A stretch of 64,000 bases of DNA from Gemmatimonadota bacterium (GTDB lineage Bacteria > Gemmatimonadota > Gemmatimonadetes > Gemmatimonadales > GWC2-71-9): contig JBGPLG010000002.1 in NCBI GenBank assembly GCA_041486305.1, forward strand, positions 70,970 to 134,969, written 5' to 3'. Positions within the stretch are counted from its first letter, which is position 1, and every line of letters begins with the position of its first letter. The position numbers and the translations under genes were made by a program. This document shows, piece by piece, positions 57,725 through 64,000 of the stretch. The notes under the pieces are model-generated. The model was not told the DNA's origin. It ran no database searches and saw nothing but the letters and a program-made list of their open reading frames with translations.

Positions 57725-58606
57725 CTAAGGGCGGAGAGTCTTCAATTGCTCTCGAGCGAGGTCAGCTTCGTCGGAGCGGGGGTACTCCTTGAGGAGTCGG
57801 TCGTAATAACCCTTGGCCGCGGCACGGTTGTTCCGGACTTCTTCGATGCGGCCCATCTTGTACAGCGCGGTCGAGGCCTTCCCCGAGCGGGGATACTGGG
57901 TCACCACCCGGGTCCAGTACGTCACCGCCGAATCGGCGCTCTCCACCGCAAAGCTTTCCCCGACGTAGAAGAGCGCGTCGGGCGCCAGTTCGTGCGTAGG
58001 GTAGCTCCGCAGGAACTCCTGGAACCCGCGGCGCGCGGTCCCGACCGCTCCCTTGTTGAGCTGCTGGCGCGCGCCCTGGTACATCGCGTCCGCCGTGACC
58101 GTCGGTGGGGCCCCGGGATTGACCGGGGCACGGCTGCCGGTGTCGGCGGTGGTCGGCGGCTGGACCGGTCCGGAGGCCTGGCTCTGCTCGGCCCGCGCGT
58201 CGACCTGCGCCTTGAGCTCCGACAGGCGGCGCTGGCTCTGGCCGGTCAGCTCCTGGATCTGGAGCAGCTGGCGCTGAATGTCGGTGATGTCCGCCGCGAA
58301 CCGGACGTCGAGGGCCCGGAGCGCTTCCCGTCCCGCGACCAGCGAATCCAGGATCCGCTGCTGCAGCCGGATTACGTCCGCGAGGTTGGCCGCCCGCACC
58401 GAGTCCCGGCGGCCGGTTTCAATGCGCATGGAGCGCACTTCGGTTTCGAGGAGACGGACCTGGCCCTTGGTGGCGCACGCCGGGAGCAGGGCGAGGACCG
58501 CAGCGAACGCAACGACGCTAAGACGCAACGACGCTACGAGGCTCCGGGGCCGCCGCACTGCGGTGCCTCTTGGCGTCATAGCGTCGTAGCGTCGTTCCGT
58601 CGTCAT
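57725..58606 (-). CDS. cpoB: Tol-Pal system protein CpoB/YbgF (coiled coil + TPR)
   Basis: Signal/lipobox-like N-terminus (VVAFAAVLALLPAC), a coiled-coil region (LQQRILDS..LSELKAQVD) and a C-terminal YbgF-type TPR (YPTHELAPDALFYVGESF...YPRSGKASTALYKMG). ATG 58604-58606 overlaps the pal stop (ATGA). Alternative ATG at 58579. Confidence 0.7.
   Translation of the reverse strand: MTTERRYDAMTPRGTAVRRPRSLVASLRLSVVAFAAVLALLPACATKGQVRLLETEVRSMRIETGRRDSVRAANLADVIRLQQRILDSLVAGREALRALDVRFAADITDIQRQLLQIQELTGQSQRRLSELKAQVDARAEQSQASGPVQPPTTADTGSRAPVNPGAPPTVTADAMYQGARQQLNKGAVGTARRGFQEFLRSYPTHELAPDALFYVGESFAVESADSAVTYWTRVVTQYPRSGKASTALYKMGRIEEVRNNRAAAKGYYDRLLKEYPRSDEADLAREQLKTLRP
58506..58600. repeat. inverted pair of short NTAGCGTC-type 8-mer arrays at the pal/cpoB junction
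   Basis: Left arm 58506-58541 reads GACGCTAA/GACGCAAC/GACGCTAC (complement orientation). Right arm 58571-58600 reads GCGTCATA/GCGTCGTA/GCGTCGTT. A perfect 13-bp inverted match joins AACGACGCTACGA (58527-58539) and TCGTAGCGTCGTT (58584-58596). Confidence 0.8.
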
Positions 58607-59172
58607 CGGGGCGCCACCAGCCGGTCGCCCCCACTGATGATCTCGAATTCGTCGCGACGGTTCTTGGCCCAGGCGGATTCGTTGCTGGCGGGATCGATCG
58701 GCCGCTCCTCGCCAAGGCTGGTCACGTCGATCCGCGACGCGTCGATGCCTTTGGTCACCAGGTACTGTTTGGCCGCGACCGCGCGCTTGTTGCCCAGCAC
58801 CAGGTTGTACTCGTCGGAGCCGCGCTCATCGGCGTGCCCGCTGATCCGGATCCGGAGGGCCGCGTTGGCCCGGAGGATGTCCGCCTTGCGATCCAGGACC
58901 GGGCGGTCCTCCGGCTTGATCAGGTCCTGGTCGAGATCGAAGTGGATCATGTTGGCGAGCTCGGCCTTGAGCATGTTGGTCGTGGCCGAGGGGTCGCCCA
59001 TGTTCCCGCCGCCCGGATTGGTGGGGGTGCCGGGGTTGGCGGGGGGCGGCGCGGTGGTGCCGCCCCCGGTGTCGGTCGGCGGGACCACCACCGGCTCCTT
59101 TTTGTGTCCGCACGCTGCGACCGCGCAGAGCGCCAGCAGGGCGAGCGGCACTGCACCGTGTCGTCTACGCAT
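58603..59172 (-). CDS. pal: peptidoglycan-associated lipoprotein Pal (OmpA-like)
   Basis: Start re-set to ATG 59170-59172 (MRRRHGAVPLALLALCAVAAC, lipobox). OmpA_C domain (IHFDLDQDLIKPE..., GHADERGSDEYNLVLGNKRA). Confidence 0.85.
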   Translation of the reverse strand: MRRRHGAVPLALLALCAVAACGHKKEPVVVPPTDTGGGTTAPPPANPGTPTNPGGGNMGDPSATTNMLKAELANMIHFDLDQDLIKPEDRPVLDRKADILRANAALRIRISGHADERGSDEYNLVLGNKRAVAAKQYLVTKGIDASRIDVTSLGEERPIDPASNESAWAKNRRDEFEIISGGDRLVAPR

Positions 59173-59198
59173 GTTCGACTCCGCGAGGTTGAGGTTCT

Positions 59199-60503
59199 CT
59201 ATTGCGGCCGCCCAAACGACCGCGACCACGCCGGAAGCCGGGCGGTGCCCGGGGTCATGATCTGCCGGGTTCGCGCCGTTTCCGTATCCAGCACGAACAC
59301 CTGCCGCCGGCCGGTACGGTTGGATACGAACGCCAGATGGCGACCGTCCGGCGCCCAGCTCGGATCTTCGTTCCGGCCCGATGAGGTCCACTGCTTGGGG
59401 CGCCGGCTCGAGAGATCGAAGGTGTAGATCTGCGGCGCCCCGCCGACGTCACGATGGAACGCGATCGTGGCGCCATCGGGGGACCAGTCCGGCGCGTTGG
59501 AATTGCCGGTATCCCCGTAGTCGAACGGAACCAGCAGCTCCTGATCGGTGCCATCGGAGGCCATGACGTAGATCTGCTGGCCCCCCGCGCGCGTCGAGAC
59601 GAATACGACCCTGCGTCCATCCGGAGAATAGGCGGGCGAGAAGTTTTCTGCAAACCTTCCGCCGGTCAATCTCTCGACGCAGCAGAGGTCCCGAACGTTT
59701 GCCCCGTATAGGCTTACGCCCTGGTCGCTCATCCGGGCGAACATCAGCGCTCCGCCATCGGGCGAGAAGGCGGGCGTGATGTTCTGGGTCCCGCCGGTGG
59801 TGGGAAGGACGGTGCGGGTTCCGGTCCCCACCACCTGCAGCACGATCGGCTTGGAGCCGTCGGCCGCGAATTGCATGTAGGCCACCCGGGCCCCATCGGG
59901 AGACCAGGCCGGCGACGCCGCCGAGACTCCGGCCGGAGACACCGGGACCAGCCCGGCACCGTCGCTGTCGATGCGCCAGATGCGCCGGTCGTCACCGAGG
60001 AAGAGCATCCGTGTGGCCGCGATGCCCGACTGGCCGGTGCCAAGCCGGACGATCTCGTCGGCCAGCCGGTGCACCGACATCCGGCCCTCCCCCACCCCGC
60101 TCCGGTCGGTCGGCATGGTCGTCTCGGCCTGGGCACGCTCGGCCGCCAGGTCGTAGAGCCGCGCAGTGATCCCTCCGTTGGCCGCCGGGAGCAGCTCCAC
60201 CGCCAGCGCGGCGGCGAGCGTGTTGCGATAGAAGGCGAAATTGATCGGACCCCGCGGCGAGGCCTCGGCCGGGGCGGTCTGGGTCAGCTCGATCAGCTCG
60301 AACCGGTCGCTGAAGTCGAGATCCCGCGCCACGATCGCCCGAACCGAGTCGAGCCCCGGCGCAGGAAGCACCACCAGGCCGGGCCGGACCCCGGGCCGGT
60401 AAGTGATTCCCACGCGCACCGTGTCCTGCGCGGCGAGCGCGATGGGTAGCGCCGCCAGCACCGCCAGGCCGGCTAGCGTCCTGAGCGTGGCGGCTGCCCT
60501 CAC
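59199..60503 (-). CDS. tolB: Tol-Pal system beta-propeller protein TolB
   Basis: Start set at GTG 60501-60503, overlapping the upstream stop (GTGA) and giving the signal peptide M-RAAATLRTLAGLAVLAALPIALA. TolB N-domain, then repeated ..P.WSPDG..i.F.. propeller blades (SPAWSPDGARVAY, PAFSPDGGALMF, PAYSPDGRRVVF, PDWSPDGATIAF, PSWAPDGRHLAF). Confidence 0.85.
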   Translation of the reverse strand: MRAAATLRTLAGLAVLAALPIALAAQDTVRVGITYRPGVRPGLVVLPAPGLDSVRAIVARDLDFSDRFELIELTQTAPAEASPRGPINFAFYRNTLAAALAVELLPAANGGITARLYDLAAERAQAETTMPTDRSGVGEGRMSVHRLADEIVRLGTGQSGIAATRMLFLGDDRRIWRIDSDGAGLVPVSPAGVSAASPAWSPDGARVAYMQFAADGSKPIVLQVVGTGTRTVLPTTGGTQNITPAFSPDGGALMFARMSDQGVSLYGANVRDLCCVERLTGGRFAENFSPAYSPDGRRVVFVSTRAGGQQIYVMASDGTDQELLVPFDYGDTGNSNAPDWSPDGATIAFHRDVGGAPQIYTFDLSSRRPKQWTSSGRNEDPSWAPDGRHLAFVSNRTGRRQVFVLDTETARTRQIMTPGTARLPAWSRSFGRPQ

Positions 60504-61102
60504 GGCGTTTGCCTCGGCGTGAACAGGAAGCTGATCGGCAGGTAATCGGCCGGATACCCGGCCGGAAGCGGTCCGAATGCCTTGACGGCTCCCGCCGCGT
60601 CGATGGCGCCCTGCGCTTCCTGGTCGAATGAATAGCTGTGGGAGCCGCGGAGCAGCTTGATGTCTCTCACCGTCCCGTCCCGCAGGATCACGAAAGTCAC
60701 CTCGGCCTCGAGGGCGGCATTGCCGGCCGGGCGATTCCAGCGGCGGTAGATCTGGGTGACCAGGTTGCGCAGGTATTCGGGATAGGGAAACTCCTTGCCC
60801 TGGGTTTTCACATTGGCGATGTCGGATCCGCCCTTTGGGGTCTCTCCCGGCAGCGGCGTCACCGGATTGGCGGTCTTGCCCGGCGCCGCCTTGGGCAGGG
60901 CCTTGGCCACCGGCTTTACCGGCTTGGGAACGGCCTTGGGCGGCTTCTTCGAAAGCGTCGGCGCCGGTGGTCGAGCCGCCTCCGGTGCGGGACGAGCCGC
61001 GCCGGTCGCGGGCGCCGCCGCCACCAGCTCCACCGCGTAGCTCGGCTGGCTCAGCATGGAGACCGGCCTGATGGCAAAGATCAGAGTCAGCACGGCAGCC
61101 AA
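60500..61102 (-). CDS. TonB-C-domain protein in the TolA position of the Tol-Pal cluster (5' end uncertain)
   Basis: Pro/Lys/Ala-rich linker (KKPPKAVPKPVKPVAKALPKAAPGK) and a TonB_C-like domain (YPEYLRNLVTQIYRRWNRP...EVTFVILRDGTV). The only canonical start is TTG 61100-61102, which truncates the predicted TM helix (see finding). Confidence 0.65.
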   Translation of the reverse strand: MAAVLTLIFAIRPVSMLSQPSYAVELVAAAPATGAARPAPEAARPPAPTLSKKPPKAVPKPVKPVAKALPKAAPGKTANPVTPLPGETPKGGSDIANVKTQGKEFPYPEYLRNLVTQIYRRWNRPAGNAALEAEVTFVILRDGTVRDIKLLRGSHSYSFDQEAQGAIDAAGAVKAFGPLPAGYPADYLPISFLFTPRQTP

Positions 61103-61163
61103 GTGAATGAGGGCCGTGCCGGCCAGGCCGGTCCATACCGCACCGCGCGGTAGCCGTGCAGCC

Positions 61164-61595
61164 CTAGCGATCAGGCGTGATCTCCTCGTCCTCGGTGGTC
61201 ATCTGGATATTGGTCACGCCCGCGGCGGTCATGGCGGCCATGACGCGAACCACTTCACCATACGCGGCGCGTCGGTCGCCCCGCAGGTAGACGTTCGAGG
61301 TGCCGCGCTTGGCCACAAGGGCACGGAACGCGGCCCGGAACTCGTCGTAGGTCACCCGGGTCTGGTCCACGTAGATCCGGCCGGCACGATCCACGGTGAT
61401 GATGATCCCTTCCTTGGGGGCCAGTGGCCTGCCCTCGGCCTTGGGCAGCTCGATGGCCACCCCGCCCTGCATCATCGGGGCGGTAATCATGAAGATGATC
61501 AGCAGCACGAACGCGACGTCCACCAGCGAGGTGACGTTGATGTCCGCTGTCGGCGCCAACCGCTTGCGCCGCCCGAGCCCTCCGGTCAACGACAT
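61164..61595 (-). CDS. tolR: biopolymer transport protein TolR/ExbD
   Basis: DINVTSLVDVAFVLLIIFMI TM motif and an ExbD periplasmic domain. The ATG immediately follows the tolQ TAG. Confidence 0.85.
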   Translation of the reverse strand: MSLTGGLGRRKRLAPTADINVTSLVDVAFVLLIIFMITAPMMQGGVAIELPKAEGRPLAPKEGIIITVDRAGRIYVDQTRVTYDEFRAAFRALVAKRGTSNVYLRGDRRAAYGEVVRVMAAMTAAGVTNIQMTTEDEEITPDR

Positions 61596-62306
61596 CTAGA
61601 GCAGCCCCTCCCGGGCCATCCAGCCGACCAGGGCGTTTCCGAACCCCTCCAGCTCCGACTCGAACTCCGACACCTTGTTGGCGAAGTAGTTATAGGCCAT
61701 CAGCGCGGGAATGGCCGCCGCGAGGCCCGCCACCGTGGTCACCAAGGCCTCCGCCACCCCCGGCGCCACCGCCGCCAGGTTGCCGGATCCCTTGTTGGAG
61801 ATGCCGATGAAGGCGTCCATGACACCGAGCACGGTGCCCAGGAGGCCGAGCAGCGGGCTCACGGCGCCGATCGTGGCGAGCCAGGTGACATAGTGGGCCG
61901 CCTCGTCCCGGCCCGCCGCCACTTCCTTGCCCAGCACCATTTTCAAGGCCTCGAGCTGGGTGGGAGACAGGGCACCGTGCCCGGTGCCCTCTTCGCGGAT
62001 CACCCCGGGCTGCAGCTGCGAGTAGAAGCTGAGCCCTTCCCGGAAAAGCCGGTTGAACGGCGACGACGGAAGCTTCATCGCCCCGCGGTAGGCCTCCTGC
62101 AGCCGGGGCGAGCGGTCCACCTCCTGGAAGAAGCGCGCCGCCTGCCTCCGGAGGCGCCGGAACTGCCAGCCCTTGATGCCGATGAGAAACCAGGAGGCCA
62201 GCGAGAAGAGCAGCGTGACCGCGAGGACCACCTTGGTCTCGAAGCTCGACATCAGCACGAGCTGCAGCGGATTGGTGGGCACCGCGGAGGTCTGGAGGAT
62301 CATCAT
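61596..62306 (-). CDS. tolQ: MotA/TolQ/ExbB proton-channel protein
   Basis: Three TM segments and the conserved C-terminal block LATIGAVSPLLGLLGTVLGVMDAF...VAPGVAEALVTTVAGLAAAIPA. Confidence 0.85.
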   Translation of the reverse strand: MMILQTSAVPTNPLQLVLMSSFETKVVLAVTLLFSLASWFLIGIKGWQFRRLRRQAARFFQEVDRSPRLQEAYRGAMKLPSSPFNRLFREGLSFYSQLQPGVIREEGTGHGALSPTQLEALKMVLGKEVAAGRDEAAHYVTWLATIGAVSPLLGLLGTVLGVMDAFIGISNKGSGNLAAVAPGVAEALVTTVAGLAAAIPALMAYNYFANKVSEFESELEGFGNALVGWMAREGLL

Positions 62307-62344
62307 GCCGGTAAGATAGAGGAGTGACCCGTCCCGAAAAACGG

Positions 62345-62383
62345 CTCGCCCCGCACCATCTTGCCGAGACGGTGCGGGGCGAG
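62345..62383 (-). terminator. rho-independent-type terminator after the LysM gene
   Basis: Perfect 13-bp stem CTCGCCCCGCACC / GGTGCGGGGCGAG with a 13-nt loop, 23 nt downstream of the stop at 62406. On the minus strand it is followed by CCGTTTTTC. Confidence 0.65.
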
Positions 62384-62405
62384 TCGAAGCATGGAGCGTC
62401 GGGAA

Positions 62406-63566
62406 TCAGCTCGGGAGCTTGGCGATCTGAACCACCCGGGTTCCCGGCTTGATGTCCGGCGAAATGACGTTGAGCACCTTGACGGTGGCGGTCCGGCCCC
62501 GCACGTGGATGACCTGAAGCACGGCCATGAGCTCGTCCACCGCGTTGGCCTCGGTCTTGTCCTGGGCGCCGGCGGTCCGGCGGGCCTGGAAGAGGTCGCC
62601 CGCGGCTACACCGTTGTTGCGTCCGATGTCGATGAAGATCACTTCCTGCGGGTGGCGTAATTCGCGCATATCCCGGGAGACCAGCACCCGTCCTTCAAGG
62701 CCTCCGGTAACCGCCTGATACTGGGCCGAGCCGGGATCGGTGAACTTTTCCGCGGGCATGATCGACTGGCCGTTCCGGATTGGGCCGTAGACCGCAATCA
62801 CCTCGCCGACGGTCTGATCTCCGTTCTGGCCGGTGACCCGGACCAGTCCGGTGGGGACCACGATCTGGCCATAGCCGACCGGCCCGTCCCGCCGGTCCAC
62901 CACGACCAGGGTGTCTCCGCGCGAGTACGTGCCACCGGCGGGAGGCCGCATGCCGACCTCGGTAAAGGCCTGGACCGCGGCGCGGTTCCGGCCGCTCTCG
63001 ATCTGCTCCGGAGTGACCGGACCAAGCAGCTCGCCCCAGGGCAGGCTGTCTCCCTCGGTCAGAAAGCCGGATGAAAAGAACTCCCCGGCGCGAAGCGGAT
63101 GGAACTTGGCTTCACGATAGGTGCGGAATGCGTTCTGGACGTCGGCGACGCGCTTGTGCCGGAACAGGCCCAGGCCGTCATCGTCTCCCCGCTGCGGGGC
63201 CTGCGCCATGGCCGGCGGCGGCGCCGGCGGCATGGCCGCAGGAGCCGGCGCCGGAGCGGGCTCGCTGCGCACCGGAGGGGGCGTGTCGGTGGTGGGGACC
63301 GCGGTCTGACCGGCGACCGCCACGAGACTCAGCACCTCACCGGGGTAGATCCAATGCGGATTTTCCACCACGGCGGTATTCAGCTTGTAAATCTGGGGCC
63401 AGAGAAACGGATCCCCCAGGTAGGCTCGGGCGATGTCCCACAGGGTATCGCCCTTCTGCACGGTATGTGACGTGGCTTTGTTGGCACCCTGCGCCGACGC
63501 CGGGGCGACCAGCCCCAGCGTCAGCAGGAACGAGAGCCTAGAACGGGAGATCGTCATCCTCGGCAT
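62406..63566 (-). CDS. LysM-domain periplasmic protein
   Basis: Start re-set to ATG 63566 (or 63557), giving MPRMTISRSRLSFLLTLGLVAPASA. LysM motif HTVQKGDTLWDIARAYLGDPFLWPQIYKLN, a Pro-rich linker and a C-terminal beta-rich domain of unknown family. The start overlaps the ssb 3' end. Confidence 0.65.
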   Translation of the reverse strand: MPRMTISRSRLSFLLTLGLVAPASAQGANKATSHTVQKGDTLWDIARAYLGDPFLWPQIYKLNTAVVENPHWIYPGEVLSLVAVAGQTAVPTTDTPPPVRSEPAPAPAPAAMPPAPPPAMAQAPQRGDDDGLGLFRHKRVADVQNAFRTYREAKFHPLRAGEFFSSGFLTEGDSLPWGELLGPVTPEQIESGRNRAAVQAFTEVGMRPPAGGTYSRGDTLVVVDRRDGPVGYGQIVVPTGLVRVTGQNGDQTVGEVIAVYGPIRNGQSIMPAEKFTDPGSAQYQAVTGGLEGRVLVSRDMRELRHPQEVIFIDIGRNNGVAAGDLFQARRTAGAQDKTEANAVDELMAVLQVIHVRGRTATVKVLNVISPDIKPGTRVVQIAKLPS

Positions 63567-64000
63567 CGAGAGCCTCCGGAAAGTCGCTGAACGACTCGTC
63601 CTTGGCACCGGGCTTGGCGGACGCCGCCCCAGCCGCCGCCTTCGGAGCGGAGTAGGACTCGCCACCGTCACCCTTGCCGGACAAGAGAATCAATTCGCGA
63701 GCGTTGATCTCCGTCGTGTAGCGAGTCTGGCCATCCTTGTCCTGCCAGCTCCGATACTCGATGCTGCCTTCGACGTAGACCTTGTCGCCCTTCTTGCAGT
63801 AGCGCTCAGCGATGTCCGCAAGATTTGAGCCCTTGTTGTTCCACAGCACGATCTTATGCCACTCCGTCTTTTCCTGCTTGTCTCCCGAGGCCCCCTTCCA
63901 CTGCCGGCTGGTGGCCAGCGAGAGATTGGCCACTCGGCCACCGTTGGACGTGCTGCGCACCTCCGGGTCCGCCCCGAGGTTGCCGATCAGCTGAGCGCGA
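63538..64000 (-). CDS. ssb: single-stranded DNA-binding protein (5' end outside window)
   Basis: The frame is open to the window edge and reads ..AQLIGNLGADPEVRSTSNGGRVANLSLATSRQW..EWHKIVLWN. It has an OB fold, a Gly/Ala-rich linker and the acidic tail DDDLPF. The track 'M' at 63960 is an internal GTG. Confidence 0.85.
   Translation of the reverse strand, partial: RAQLIGNLGADPEVRSTSNGGRVANLSLATSRQWKGASGDKQEKTEWHKIVLWNNKGSNLADIAERYCKKGDKVYVEGSIEYRSWQDKDGQTRYTTEINARELILLSGKGDGGESYSAPKAAAGAASAKPGAKDESFSDFPEALDAEDDDLPF

Noticed and set aside
1-64000. Mobile elements, prophage, integrons, tRNA/rRNA genes or riboswitches.
   Set aside because: No transposase, integrase or phage-like ORFs were seen. 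No intergenic region has tRNA-like T-arm/acceptor features or is long enough for an rRNA. The only conspicuous non-coding structures are the two hairpins, the recA inverted repeat and the 8-mer arrays already listed.

Overview
High-GC (by inspection, not computed), very gene-dense chromosomal segment from a diderm bacterium, shown by LptD, Tol-Pal, OmpA-type Pal and an OPX exporter. The phylum cannot be assigned from this sequence alone. About 55 of 57 genes lie on the minus strand.

Bases 1-22.9 kb hold a Wzx/Wzy-type surface-polysaccharide locus. It contains an OPX exporter, a PCP, GT4 and GT2 transferases, a WecA-like initiating transferase, a CapD-like dehydratase, a GDP-mannose-3,5-epimerase-like enzyme, an NDP-sugar dehydrogenase, an AsnB-like amidotransferase, an FkbM methyltransferase, a Wzy-like polymerase, two MOP-type flippase candidates and an embedded nadE.

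Bases 22.9-64 kb are housekeeping genes packed into very long co-directional strings: hflX, rarA, a ZIP transporter, cca, asparaginase, an SDR, gmhA, a PHP-type Tyr phosphatase, alaS-recX-recA, yraN, ftsK, comB, accB-pilT-accC, pepP, aroQ, two TPR proteins, ppiD (+ strand), tatA, DUF4321, a polyprenyl synthase, hutH, a lipoprotein, tatC/lptD, cpoB-pal-tolB-tolA-tolR-tolQ, a LysM protein and ssb (partial).

I saw no rRNA, tRNA, CRISPR array, transposase or integrase. I did not find an unmistakable novel multi-gene system such as a defence island.

The most unusual items:
- tatC and lptD lie in one uninterrupted reading frame, with an internal signal peptide.
- A pilT-family ATPase is translationally wedged between accB and accC.
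- An AT-rich island with a 13-N13-13 inverted repeat sits in front of recA.
- An 8-bp NTAGCGTC tandem-repeat family occurs at two loci.
- The tolA/tonB-like gene has a predicted TM helix that lies upstream of any canonical start codon.
- The L-sugar, uronate and amidation logic of the polysaccharide locus.

Many ORF-track starts are over-extended. I re-set them using signal peptides, family N-termini and recurrent 4-nt ATGA/GTGA/TTGA stop-start overlaps.
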